A DNA stretch of 64,000 nt from an uncultured Gammaproteobacteria bacterium (GTDB lineage: Bacteria > Patescibacteriota > Patescibacteriia > Patescibacteriales > UBA12465). Both the position numbers and the translations under genes were made by a program. Under the pieces are notes generated by a model that was given only the letters and a program-made list of their open reading frames with translations, was not told the DNA's origin and ran no database searches. Positions 55,317-64,000 of this stretch are shown here, one piece after another (within the stretch, counting starts at the first letter, position 1; each line of letters opens with the position of its first letter). The stretch covers positions 3,872 through 67,871 of the forward strand of contig CAZTUJ010000001.1 of NCBI GenBank assembly GCA_964616855.1, written 5' to 3'.

Positions 55317-56016
55317 AAAAATTATTGTTGTTTTGCCCGCTTATAATGCGGCCGCTACTTTAGCCAAAACAGTAGCTGATTTACCGGCGATTGTCGACGA
55401 AATTATTTTAGTTGACGATGGTAGCCAAGATGATACCGTCAGGATTGCAGAAGAATTAGGTTTATTTGTCTTTAAGCATGAGCAAAATCGCGGTTATGGC
55501 GGCAATCAAAAATCTTGCTATCGTTTAGCCTTAGAAAGAGGAGCTGATATTGTGGTGATGGTGCACCCTGACTATCAATACGACCCCCGTTTGGTGTCTT
55601 ATTTTGCCGCTTTTATTGCTGATGATTATTTTGACTTAGTTTTAGGTTCTCGGATTCGTAGTCGCCGAGAAACCCTGGATGGGGGCATGCCGGTTTATAA
55701 ATATTACGCCAATCGTTTTCTGACTTTAGTGGAAAATCTTGTCACCGGCCAGAATTTGTCGGAATGGCATACCGGTATGCGTGCTTATTCTCGTCAGGTT
55801 TTATTGAGTTTAGATTTTGATAAGACTAGCGATGACTTTGTTTTTGATTCACAAATTCTTTTTCAGGCGGTAGCGCGTAAGTGGCGGATTGGCGAGATTC
55901 CCGTGCCAGTGCGTTATTTTCAAGAAGCTTCTTCGATTAATTGGCGCCGGAGCTTGCGCTATGGTGTTAGCACTCTTTTAATAGCCTTAGCTTATCTTTT
56001 TGGCCGTCGGTCCTAG
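55303..56016 (+). CDS. Family 2 glycosyltransferase, polyprenyl-phosphate sugar synthase-like (DPM1/GtrB-like)
   Basis: 237 aa. VVLPAYNAA, LVDDGSQDDT and the acidic motif in VMVHPDYQYD give a GT-A fold signature. Confidence 0.8.
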   Translation: MYADKKIIVVLPAYNAAATLAKTVADLPAIVDEIILVDDGSQDDTVRIAEELGLFVFKHEQNRGYGGNQKSCYRLALERGADIVVMVHPDYQYDPRLVSYFAAFIADDYFDLVLGSRIRSRRETLDGGMPVYKYYANRFLTLVENLVTGQNLSEWHTGMRAYSRQVLLSLDFDKTSDDFVFDSQILFQAVARKWRIGEIPVPVRYFQEASSINWRRSLRYGVSTLLIALAYLFGRRS

Positions 56017-56019
56017 TTT

Positions 56020-57597
56020 ATGCTTTCTTTTTCTTGGCAAAAAATTAAATCAGCTTATCAGTGGCGTTCTTGGCACGCCTATCTTTTATTAGCCTTAGCG
56101 GCCGTTGTTGTTTATGGACAAACACTCTTTTTCGATTATAGTTATTTTGATGATCAACACTTGATTTTAGAACAGGCTGATATTTTAGAGCGGGCTAATC
56201 CGGGGGAAATATTTTTTAATGATGTTTTTTTTAGCAATACTAAAGTTTATTATCGCCCCTTGCTCATTCTTTCTCTCTCTTGGGATTGGTATTGGGGCCA
56301 GGGTACGGTTTTTGCTTTTCATTTTAGTAATTTACTCCTGCATATTATTGCCGCTTGTTTACTATTTTATCTTTTACGTTTAATTAATACGAAAGAGCGG
56401 CTAGCTTTCTTTCTTAGTCTATTTTTTACCGTGCATCCAGTTTTAGCTCAGGCAGTCGCTTGGATTCCTGGTCGCAACGACTCTTTAGCGGCGATTTTTA
56501 TTTTTGGTGTTTTAATTTTTCTCTCGCACTGGTTTCGGCGGGAAAGATTATTTGATTTAATCTGTTTATGGCTTTTATTTTTATTAGCTTTATTCACTAA
56601 GGAAACCGCAGCTTTATTACCTTTACTCGCTTTGGGCTGGATTTTAGTTTTTGAAAGAACTTTTTTTTCTTGGTTTAAATTGGGTTTAGCGGCGGTCGGG
56701 GCGACGGTTGCTGGATTTATTTGGTATTTAGCCCGGACAGCTGCCTTGGGGGCTACTGGGGGATTTTTATGGGAATCGTTACTTAATAATCTTTTATCAC
56801 CTCTGATTTTCTTGGGTAAGGTGTTTTTACCTTTTAACTTATCTGTTTATCCCGTACCCGCGGATACTCCCTGGCTTTATGGGGTGGTGGTTTTACTAGC
56901 CCTGATTGCTCTATTAATTTATTCGCGACCTTTTTCTTGGCCCCGAGTCCTTTTTGGCTTTATTTGGTTTTGGTCATTCTTGGTATTAGGCTCCCTTCGT
57001 TCAGATAGTGAGTTATTTCGTAACTTTTTAGAACATCGTTTGTACGTTCCTTTTTTGGGAATTTTGATTATTTTGAGGGAGACCGAAAATTCTTGGCAGC
57101 GTTTGTCGCCTTTATGGCGCCGCCGGGCTTTGATTTTTATCTTTTCTCTGCTAATAATATTAAATTGGCGTCATACTTGGAATTTTCAAGATCGTTTTCA
57201 CTTTTGGAAACAGGCGGTCGCCAGCTCGCCGCACGCTCCTTTGGCGCATCGGAATCTAGGGGCGATGTATTATTTAGAGGGTGATTTAAATCAAGCCGAA
57301 GTTTTGTTTCGTCGCGCTCTCGCCCTTAATCCCCAGGAGCCGATGGCCCATAATAATTTAGCGGCAATTTATATTGATCGGAAAGATTTTTGGCGTGCCG
57401 AAAGTGAATTAAAAAAAGAATTAGAAATCAATCCTTTTTATGACCTCGCCTTTTTTAATCTCGGCCGGGTTTATTACGAGCGTGGCCTTTATCAGGAGGC
57501 GGGTGCTTTATGGCGGGAAACCCTTAAAGTTAATCCTCGCCATCAAGAGGCGGCGCGGATGTTAGAATTTTTAAATCAGAATTTAAAGGCACAATAG
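56020..57597 (+). CDS. GT-C-type polytopic membrane glycosyltransferase-like protein with C-terminal TPR repeats
   Basis: 525 aa with about 10 TM helices and an early-loop acidic motif (YFDDQHL). The C-terminus carries about 4 TPR units (AHRNLGAMYYLEGDLNQAEVLFRRALALNP ...). This architecture is PMT/TMTC/ArnT-like. Confidence 0.65.
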   Translation: MLSFSWQKIKSAYQWRSWHAYLLLALAAVVVYGQTLFFDYSYFDDQHLILEQADILERANPGEIFFNDVFFSNTKVYYRPLLILSLSWDWYWGQGTVFAFHFSNLLLHIIAACLLFYLLRLINTKERLAFFLSLFFTVHPVLAQAVAWIPGRNDSLAAIFIFGVLIFLSHWFRRERLFDLICLWLLFLLALFTKETAALLPLLALGWILVFERTFFSWFKLGLAAVGATVAGFIWYLARTAALGATGGFLWESLLNNLLSPLIFLGKVFLPFNLSVYPVPADTPWLYGVVVLLALIALLIYSRPFSWPRVLFGFIWFWSFLVLGSLRSDSELFRNFLEHRLYVPFLGILIILRETENSWQRLSPLWRRRALIFIFSLLIILNWRHTWNFQDRFHFWKQAVASSPHAPLAHRNLGAMYYLEGDLNQAEVLFRRALALNPQEPMAHNNLAAIYIDRKDFWRAESELKKELEINPFYDLAFFNLGRVYYERGLYQEAGALWRETLKVNPRHQEAARMLEFLNQNLKAQ

Positions 57598-57613
57598 CAA
57601 TTATTTATAATCT

Positions 57614-59245
57614 ATGTTTTCTCTAAAAAAATTAATCAATGGACCCACTACCAGTATTACTGCCGCCGCCGCTTTGGTAGCCTTGTTTTCTGTGGCCTCT
57701 CGTTTCTTAGGGGTGGTTCGAGATCATATTTTGGCGGGACGTTTTGGTGCTGGTGCTGATTTGGATATTTACTTTGCTGCTTTTCGCGTGCCTGATTTTA
57801 TTTATAATCTCGTGGTTTTAGGAGCTCTTTCCGCTGGTTTTATTCCGGTTTTTTCGGAAATGATTAAAAAGACCCAAATTTTACCGAGTGAGAAAGAAAA
57901 ACTTATTCGTCTCGCCAGTAATGTTTTCAATGCTTTATTGTTATTGCTGTGTTTCTTGTCAGTTTTAGGGATAATTTTTGCTGGGCCTTTAACTGCTTGG
58001 GTGGCCCCTGGTTTTAGTGTTGCCGATCAAGCGCGGACCGCCGCTCTGACGAGAATTATGTTTTTATCGCCTTTGTTTTTAGGAATGTCAGGGGTACTGG
58101 GTGGTATTTTACAGAGCTATAAGCGTTTTTTTGTTTATTCCTTATCGCCTATTTTTTATAATCTTGGTATTATTTTTGGAGCGGTTGTGCTTTTTCGATT
58201 TTTCGGTTTAGAGGCTTTAGCTTGGGGGGTAGTGGTGGGAGCCGCTCTTCATTTTGCCGTGCAATTACCCTCGGTTTGGCGCTTAGGTTTTCGTTACCGC
58301 TTCTATTTGAATCTACGCGACCGTGGCTTACGTCAGATTGCCGGAATGATGGGGCCAAGGACTTTATCGCTGGCAATATCTCAGGTTAATTTAGTAGCAA
58401 TGACAGCCTTAGCTTCATCTTTAGATAGTGGTTCTTTGGCCATATTTAATCTGGCTAATAATTTACAATCTTTTCCTTTGGGTGTTTTTGGTATTTCTTT
58501 TGCCGTCGCCGCTTTTCCTTTTTTATCCGAACACGCCTATCACCCGGAAGAATTAAAAGCGCGTTTTTCTTCTACCATCCGTCAGATTTTTTTCTTTGTG
58601 ATTCCTGCTTCCGTCCTTTTAATTACTCTGAGGGCACAGATTATTCGGGTAGTTTTAGGAAGCGGGGCTTTTAATTGGCGGGATACGATTTTAACTATGG
58701 ATGCTCTAGGATTTTTTGCTCTTAGCTTATTTGCCCAAGCGTCTATTCCTTTATTAGTACGAGTCTTTTATGCCCGCCGAGATTCCTGGACGCCTTTTTA
58801 TCTCGGACTTTTTTCCGTGGCTTTAAATATCGTGTTGGCTACTTATTTGCGTCCTCAACTAGGGGTCGCTGGTTTAGCTCTGGCTTTTTCTATTGCTAGT
58901 ATTGTTAATTTTTTCTCTCTCTGGATTTTTCTCTATTTTCAAGTTGGCTCCCTGGATTTGGATAAAATCTTTTTATCGGTGTTGCGTTTTTCGGCTGCCG
59001 CGATTGGTGCCGGAGCAGTAGTTCAGGTTTTGAAAGTAGCCATTTGGCCCTTTATTGATATGAGTACTTTTGCCGGCGTTTTTGTTCAGTTAATAGTGGC
59101 CGCCGGTGGCGGCTTGGCCGCCTACGCCTTTTTCTGTTACTTATTTAAGAGCGAAGAGCTTTTAGCTGCTCTGGCTATTTTCAAGCAGAAACTTCCTTGG
59201 AAGAAGGCAAAATTGGCCGATCAAGGTGAGGCAAGAGGTCTCTAA
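57614..59245 (+). CDS. murJ: Lipid II flippase MurJ (MviN)
   Basis: 543 aa and polytopic, with a typical MurJ N-terminus (SRFLGVVRDHILAGRFGAGADLDIYFAAFRVPDF). Confidence 0.9.
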   Translation: MFSLKKLINGPTTSITAAAALVALFSVASRFLGVVRDHILAGRFGAGADLDIYFAAFRVPDFIYNLVVLGALSAGFIPVFSEMIKKTQILPSEKEKLIRLASNVFNALLLLLCFLSVLGIIFAGPLTAWVAPGFSVADQARTAALTRIMFLSPLFLGMSGVLGGILQSYKRFFVYSLSPIFYNLGIIFGAVVLFRFFGLEALAWGVVVGAALHFAVQLPSVWRLGFRYRFYLNLRDRGLRQIAGMMGPRTLSLAISQVNLVAMTALASSLDSGSLAIFNLANNLQSFPLGVFGISFAVAAFPFLSEHAYHPEELKARFSSTIRQIFFFVIPASVLLITLRAQIIRVVLGSGAFNWRDTILTMDALGFFALSLFAQASIPLLVRVFYARRDSWTPFYLGLFSVALNIVLATYLRPQLGVAGLALAFSIASIVNFFSLWIFLYFQVGSLDLDKIFLSVLRFSAAAIGAGAVVQVLKVAIWPFIDMSTFAGVFVQLIVAAGGGLAAYAFFCYLFKSEELLAALAIFKQKLPWKKAKLADQGEARGL

Positions 59246-59341
59246 AAACTTCTCTTGCCCGCCTCTAAGATTAATGTTATTGTGTCTTGGCAAGCCTTTA
59301 TTTTTATAATCTTACCAAAAAATTCTTAATTATTAGCAATC

Positions 59342-61147
59342 ATGACCGAAATTATTAGTAAAATTAGAAATTTCGCTATTCTTGCCCATATTGACCACGG
59401 CAAGTCGACTTTGGCTGACCGCATGCTGGAAATTACCGATACCGTGGATAAGCGGCGGATGAAAAATCAGATTTTAGACGGCATGGATATTGAAAGAGAG
59501 CGAGGTATTACCATTAAACTTCAGCCCGTGACCATGGAATATCAAGGTTATCAGCTTAATCTTATCGATACCCCTGGTCACGTGGATTTTTCTTACGAAG
59601 TTTCTCGTTCCTTGGCGGCGGTGGAAACGGCGGTATTACTAGTTGACGCTACCCAAGGCATTCAGGCTCAAACTTTGGCCAACCTTTATTTAGCCCTAGA
59701 GCAAGATTTAACCATTATCCCGGTTGTTAATAAAATTGATTTACCGGCCGCCAATGTTCCGAAGACAAAGGCGGAAATTTCTCGCTTACTTGGTTGTAGA
59801 GAAGACGAAATTCTCTGCGCCTCGGGTAAAACGGGGGAAGGGGTGAAAGAAATTTTACAGGCAGTAATTGAATACGGTTTGCCGCCTCGACCATCGGCTG
59901 GCGATAGTGCTCGCGCTTTAATTTTTGACTCTAAATACGATGAGTATAAAGGGGTGGTTGCTTTCATCCGCGTTTTTGATGGGGAAATTAAGAAGGGTGA
60001 CCCGATTAATCTCCTGGCAACCAAGGCTCGGAGCGAGACTTTAGATATTGGTGTCTTTAAACCGGAATATCATTCTACTGACTCCCTTAAAGCCGGTGGT
60101 ATTGGTTATATTGTTACTGGCTTTAAACAGGTTGGTGATTGTCGCGTTGGCGATACTCTTGTGGCCGGGGTGGGTCGTGATTCGGCTGCTGCTTTGGAGG
60201 GTTATAAGGAAGTAAAGCCCATGGTTTTTGCCGGCATTTTTCCCCGGGAGGGCAATGATTTAGAAGATTTACGGGAAGCGATGGAAAAATTAAAGTTAAA
60301 TGATGCCGCTTTATCATATGAGCCGGAAAGATCGGATGCTCTTGGCTTCGGTTTTCGCTGCGGTTTTTTAGGTCTATTGCACTTAGAAATATTTCAGGAA
60401 AGATTGCGCCGCGAATATAATTTAGATTTAATTGTCACCGTTCCCAGCGTTGCTTATCGGGTGAAAAAGAAAAGTGGAGAAGAAGTAATCGTCCGGACGC
60501 CGCAACGTTTACCTGATCCCAGTGAGATTGACTCTGTAGAAGAGCCTTGGGTGACTTTGGATATTATCACTCCGCAGACGTACATTGGTAATATTATGAG
60601 CTTATCCCAGGATAAGCGGGGAATTTATAAGAATACTGAATATATTTCGGCTGGTAGCGATGAGGCTCGAGCTATTTTACATTACGACATGCCTCTATCC
60701 GCTATTTTGACTGATTTTTATGATAAGATTAAGAGCGTCTCTGCTGGTTATGCTTCTATTAATTATGATTATTTAGATTATCGCCCGGCTGATGTGGTAA
60801 AACTTGATATTATGGTGGCGGAAGAGCCGGTGGAAGCTTTAGCCACGATTGTTTATCGTGACGATGCTTTTCGTGAGGGCAAAGAAATTGTAGAAATTCT
60901 TAAAGATACTTTACCTCGTCAGATGTTCGTCTTGAAAATTCAGGCGGCGATTGGCGGTAAAGTAGTAGCGGCGGAAAGATTGTCAGCTATGCGCAAAGAC
61001 GTAACTGCTAAACTTTATGGTGGTGATGTTAGTCGCAAGCGGAAGCTTTTGGAAAAACAGAAAAAAGGAAAAAAGAAAATGATGGCTGCCGGTAAAGGCA
61101 GCGTGGAAATTCCTTCCGATACTTTTGTGAAGATTTTAAAGAGATAA
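59342..61147 (+). CDS. lepA: Elongation factor 4 (LepA)
   Basis: 601 aa with GTPase motifs AHIDHGKST, DTPGH and NKID, plus the LepA-specific C-terminal domain. Confidence 0.96.
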   Translation: MTEIISKIRNFAILAHIDHGKSTLADRMLEITDTVDKRRMKNQILDGMDIERERGITIKLQPVTMEYQGYQLNLIDTPGHVDFSYEVSRSLAAVETAVLLVDATQGIQAQTLANLYLALEQDLTIIPVVNKIDLPAANVPKTKAEISRLLGCREDEILCASGKTGEGVKEILQAVIEYGLPPRPSAGDSARALIFDSKYDEYKGVVAFIRVFDGEIKKGDPINLLATKARSETLDIGVFKPEYHSTDSLKAGGIGYIVTGFKQVGDCRVGDTLVAGVGRDSAAALEGYKEVKPMVFAGIFPREGNDLEDLREAMEKLKLNDAALSYEPERSDALGFGFRCGFLGLLHLEIFQERLRREYNLDLIVTVPSVAYRVKKKSGEEVIVRTPQRLPDPSEIDSVEEPWVTLDIITPQTYIGNIMSLSQDKRGIYKNTEYISAGSDEARAILHYDMPLSAILTDFYDKIKSVSAGYASINYDYLDYRPADVVKLDIMVAEEPVEALATIVYRDDAFREGKEIVEILKDTLPRQMFVLKIQAAIGGKVVAAERLSAMRKDVTAKLYGGDVSRKRKLLEKQKKGKKKMMAAGKGSVEIPSDTFVKILKR

Positions 61148-61187
61148 TAATTAAAAGGTTTAATTTTTTAAATCTCCCTATATTAAT

Positions 61188-61286
61188 ATGAAACGTCGTA
61201 AAATTGTGAAAATTGCGTGGACCATAATGTCAATCATTATTATGATTTCTATGCTTGCTTGGACTTTTGGGGCGATGTTTTTCTAA
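61188..61286 (+). CDS. Candidate 32-aa single-TM miniprotein (below the ORF-track cutoff)
   Basis: ATG AAA CGT CGT AAA ... TAA encodes MKRRKIVKIAWTIMSIIIMISMLAWTFGAMFF, a basic N-terminus followed by one hydrophobic helix. It fills the lepA-recJ spacer and ends 6 nt before the recJ ATG. Confidence 0.4.
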   Translation: MKRRKIVKIAWTIMSIIIMISMLAWTFGAMFF

Positions 61287-61292
61287 GTTTTT

Positions 61293-63119
61293 ATGAAAAA
61301 ACAGTGGCAAATAGCTGAGACTCCGCCCTCTGATTTTTTTTCCTCTTTAGCCGAGATTAATCCGATTTTGGCGGGAATTCTTTGGAACCGGGGGCTTCAT
61401 AATGCGGAGTCTGCTCGGGCTTTTTTAAGTGATGAGATTGATTCGGCTTTAGTTTTAGATTTTACTGGCGATGACGCTTTACGTTTCTATAATCCCTTCC
61501 TATTTCGAGACATGCAGGCAGCCGTTGATTTAATTATCAGTCATTTGAAAGCGGGTAATAAAATTGTGGTGTATGGAGACTATGATGCCGATGGTGTTAC
61601 TTCTTCGGCTGTTTTAGCGCAAGCCCTCAAAACTCTGCACGCTCAAGTGGAGGTTTATCTGCCCGATCGGGTCAGCGAGGGCTACGGTTTAAATAAGCCC
61701 GCTTTAGAACAAATTAAAGAACAGGGCTTTTCCTTGGTAATTACGGTTGATAATGGTATTCGTAATAAAGAGGAAGTTGACTATGCTCGTAGCTTAGGTT
61801 TAGATGTTATTATTACTGACCACCACGTTTTACCTGAAGGCAAAGAAAATCTTCCGGCTTGTCCGGTAATTGACCCGGCGGATGCTAGCGATCATTACCC
61901 CTGGCCATTTTTAGCGGGAGTGGGCGTAGCCTTTAAATTAGTTTGTGCTCTTTTGCACCAGTCTAAATTAGAATTATCTCAGAAACGTTTAATTGCGGAG
62001 AGAGCTTTAGATTTAGTGGCGGTAGGCACAATTGCCGACATGGTGAGTTTGTTGGGAGAAAATCGTTGGTTGGTAAAAAGAGGTTTGGTGATTTTAAATC
62101 AAGCGCGTCGTCCCGGTTTAAATGCTTTATTTAAAACGGCCAAAATTGCCTTAGACCGTCCTTTAGAGGCTTGGAATGTTGGCTGGCAATTAGGGCCGCG
62201 CCTTAATGCCGCTAGTCGGGTTGGTCATGCTAATAGCGCCTTTGCTTTAATCAGTGCGGAATCGGAAGATGATGCCCGTGATTTAGCACAGGAACTCAAT
62301 CAGCGTAATTTAAATCGTCAGCAGATTACCGAGGAAATTATTAAACAAGTGGAAGCCCAAATTGATCCGGAAAATCTTCCCGCTTTGATTGTTGGTGTTG
62401 CCGGTGAAGATCAATTTTGGAACGAAGGGGTTGTTGGTTTAGTTTCTGGAAAAATTTGTGAGAAATATCACCGGCCCACGCTGGTCATTGCTCGTATTGT
62501 TGAAGAGGCAGGCGCAGATTTAGAGTCCGGCAAGATGCAGGCGACTAAGCTGAGCTTTAAAGGCTCTGGTCGTTCCATTGAGGGCTTTAATCTGATTGCC
62601 GCCGTGGAAGAATGTTCTGAGTTTTTAGATAAATATGGTGGCCATCCAATGGCTTGCGGTTTTTCTATCGTGGATGAAGAGAAATTAGCCAGCTTTAGGG
62701 AACGACTTCTAGCTTTGGCGACTGAGCGTCTTACTCCTGAAGTTTTAGCCCCCAAATTACACCTTGACGCTATTTTACCTTTTTCTCAGATAAGCCTTTC
62801 TCTAGCCGAAGAAATTAATGATTTAGCTCCTTTTGGTCAGAATAATCCTCAACCACGGTTTGCTAGCCTTGCTTTACGGGTTGATGATCTTGTTTTAATG
62901 GGTAGCGATCGTCAGCATATTAAGTTACGTTTGTCGGCTGCTAAGGAAGCAGCCGCCGCCTCTTTTTGGGCTCTAGCCTTTAGCACAGCAACTGCTTATC
63001 AAGGCGTGCAAATTGGTGATTTACTGGATTTGGCCTACTATCTTGATATTAATGAATTTAACGGCCGCCGGGAAGCGCAGTTAAAAATTATTGATTGGCG
63101 GCTCCATGAAGAGAGTTAA
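61293..63119 (+). CDS. recJ: Single-stranded-DNA-specific exonuclease RecJ
   Basis: 608 aa with DHH motifs (VYGDYDADGVTS, VDNG, ITDHH) and DHHA1 (GGHPMACG). Confidence 0.93.
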   Translation: MKKQWQIAETPPSDFFSSLAEINPILAGILWNRGLHNAESARAFLSDEIDSALVLDFTGDDALRFYNPFLFRDMQAAVDLIISHLKAGNKIVVYGDYDADGVTSSAVLAQALKTLHAQVEVYLPDRVSEGYGLNKPALEQIKEQGFSLVITVDNGIRNKEEVDYARSLGLDVIITDHHVLPEGKENLPACPVIDPADASDHYPWPFLAGVGVAFKLVCALLHQSKLELSQKRLIAERALDLVAVGTIADMVSLLGENRWLVKRGLVILNQARRPGLNALFKTAKIALDRPLEAWNVGWQLGPRLNAASRVGHANSAFALISAESEDDARDLAQELNQRNLNRQQITEEIIKQVEAQIDPENLPALIVGVAGEDQFWNEGVVGLVSGKICEKYHRPTLVIARIVEEAGADLESGKMQATKLSFKGSGRSIEGFNLIAAVEECSEFLDKYGGHPMACGFSIVDEEKLASFRERLLALATERLTPEVLAPKLHLDAILPFSQISLSLAEEINDLAPFGQNNPQPRFASLALRVDDLVLMGSDRQHIKLRLSAAKEAAAASFWALAFSTATAYQGVQIGDLLDLAYYLDINEFNGRREAQLKIIDWRLHEES

Positions 63120-63138
63120 TTAGCTTTAATATTATTTT

Positions 63139-63540
63139 ATGAAATTGATTATCCATTCTGACGGTGGCGCTCGCGGTAATCCCGGCCCGGCTGGCATCGG
63201 GGCGATTATTAACAGCGAAGATGGGGAAGTTGTTGCGGAAATTTCTCAATTTATTGGCCACGCTACTAATAATCAAGCGGAGTATCAAGCTTTGTTGGCT
63301 GGTTTAGAGAAAGCTCTTCTTTTGGGGGCGGATACGCTTGATTGTTTTTTAGATAGTGAATTAGCGGTTAAACAGATTAATCGGGAGTATAAAGTGAAGA
63401 ACAAAGAGCTCGCCCCTCTATTTTTGAAAGTATATAATCTGACTACTAAATTTAAGGCTATTCGCTTCGTGCATATCCCGCGAGAGCAGAATAAAGAAGC
63501 GGACCGCTTGGCGAATGAAGCGATGGATCGAGGAGTATAA
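63139..63540 (+). CDS. rnhA: RNase H family protein (type 1, short form)
   Basis: 133 aa. SDGGARGNPGPAGIG, NNQAEYQALL, DSELAVKQ and EQNKEADRLAN carry DEDD-type RNase HI catalytic residues. Confidence 0.85.
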   Translation: MKLIIHSDGGARGNPGPAGIGAIINSEDGEVVAEISQFIGHATNNQAEYQALLAGLEKALLLGADTLDCFLDSELAVKQINREYKVKNKELAPLFLKVYNLTTKFKAIRFVHIPREQNKEADRLANEAMDRGV

Positions 63541-63553
63541 ATTTATTTACAAT

Positions 63554-63586
63554 CAAAAAACTATCTTTGTGAAGATAGTTTTTTGT
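63554..63586. terminator. Bidirectional terminator between RNase H and the M15 peptidase gene
   Basis: AAAAAACTATCTT-TGTG-AAGATAGTTTTTT. Confidence 0.8.
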
Positions 63587-63602
63587 TTTTACTTATTTAT
63601 TT

Positions 63603-64000
63603 TTAGCGACCACTTGGTGACCAGTGCCAAGGTTCATTGGGGCTGGAGTTAAGATTGGCGTTTAGTCCCTGGGCATTCATGCAGGTTGTTAAGCCCGAAG
63701 AATTATTATGATCCCAGGTCATTTTCTTTCCATCTAGACGGTAAAGATCTAGGGCTACTCCTTTACCATGATTGGAGCAGCAAGGGGTGGCCGCCTGGGT
63801 GCCTTTTTCCGCTTTGATCGATATTTGTCGTGCAGGGGATCGCCAAGCCGCGCTTACTCCAAATACATTTTTTCCGCCATTTTTTTCCCGGACACAGGCC
63901 ATGGCGGTATTATATTTTTCAACTACCTCACTTTTTGCTTTAAGATTGGTGCCGGCGATATTGGTCATTTTTCCTGGTTCCTGTTCGCCATAGCCACGGC
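63603..64000 (-). CDS. M15-family (VanY / D-Ala-D-Ala carboxypeptidase-like) peptidase, N-terminus beyond window
   Basis: SNHGKGVALDL and EPWHW are zinc-binding motifs of the Hedgehog/DD-peptidase fold. The frame stays open upstream of the listed ATG through base 64000. Confidence 0.7.
   Translation of the reverse strand, partial: RGYGEQEPGKMTNIAGTNLKAKSEVVEKYNTAMACVREKNGGKNVFGVSAAWRSPARQISIKAEKGTQAATPCCSNHGKGVALDLYRLDGKKMTWDHNNSSGLTTCMNAQGLNANLNSSPNEPWHWSPSGR

Noticed and set aside
59214-59260. Hairpin GGCAAGAG...CTCTTGCC at the murJ 3' end as a terminator
   Set aside because: The 14-nt loop and the lack of a following T-run make it a weak terminator call. It is left unannotated.
1-64000. 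CRISPR arrays, rRNA operons, transposases, integrases, toxin-antitoxin pairs and recognisable defence systems
   Set aside because: I saw no regularly spaced direct repeats and no rRNA-like conserved blocks. None of the translated ORFs carry DDE transposase, tyrosine/serine recombinase, Cas or classic defence-protein motifs.

Overview
This is a dense, mostly housekeeping 64-kb chromosomal segment from a moderately AT-rich bacterium. All product calls come from reading the ORF translations and sequence by eye; no searches were run.

Several traits together suggest a reduced-genome Patescibacteria/CPR-like organism (inference):
- an archaeal-type short UMP kinase and an EndoQ-like nuclease;
- a pyruvate kinase lacking its C-terminal domain;
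- infB without nusA, rpoBC without rplJL, and rpsP-KH-trmD without rimM;
- low-complexity tails on S15, S16, PNPase and FtsK;
- many overlapping stop/start junctions;
- near-consensus sigma70 promoters and textbook intrinsic terminators.

I support about 55 protein genes:
- Replication and repair: recA, polA, holA, recJ, ruvC, RNase H.
- Translation and RNA turnover: infB, rbfA, rpsP, rpsO, rpsT, trmD, lepA, rny, pnp.
- Transcription: rpoB, rpoC.
- Cell wall: murD, murI, ddl, a murE-like ligase, murJ, a LysM/M23 peptidase and an M15 peptidase.
- Glycolysis: pyk, gpmI.
- Other: ftsK, adk, pyrH, hup.

There are 8 tRNA genes: Lys-CTT, CAT (Met or Ile2) and Arg-TCG in one cluster; Pro-TGG, Phe-GAA, initiator-like CAT and Ile-GAT in a second; and Ala-TGC alone. 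I found no rRNA, CRISPR array, transposase or integrase.

Most interesting candidates:
1. A translationally coupled alpha-glucan cluster at 33.7-39.9 kb. It holds two GT5 synthase paralogs, a minimal GH57-like enzyme, an APH-fold kinase and a pyruvyl transferase.
2. An envelope glycosylation module directly after rpoBC at 53.6-59.2 kb. It holds an unknown anchored protein, a 2-TM miniprotein, a GT2, a GT-C/TPR protein and MurJ.
3. A strongly structured element between polA and ddl that could be an ncRNA or a tiny Cys/Pro-rich membrane protein.
4. A chimeric gene wreck joined at a (GGC)3 repeat, next to tRNA-Ala.
5. RNA-metabolism oddities: an NYN nuclease inserted in rpsO-pnp, an Arg-rich PNPase tail, and an ASCH protein coupled to a truncated pyruvate kinase.
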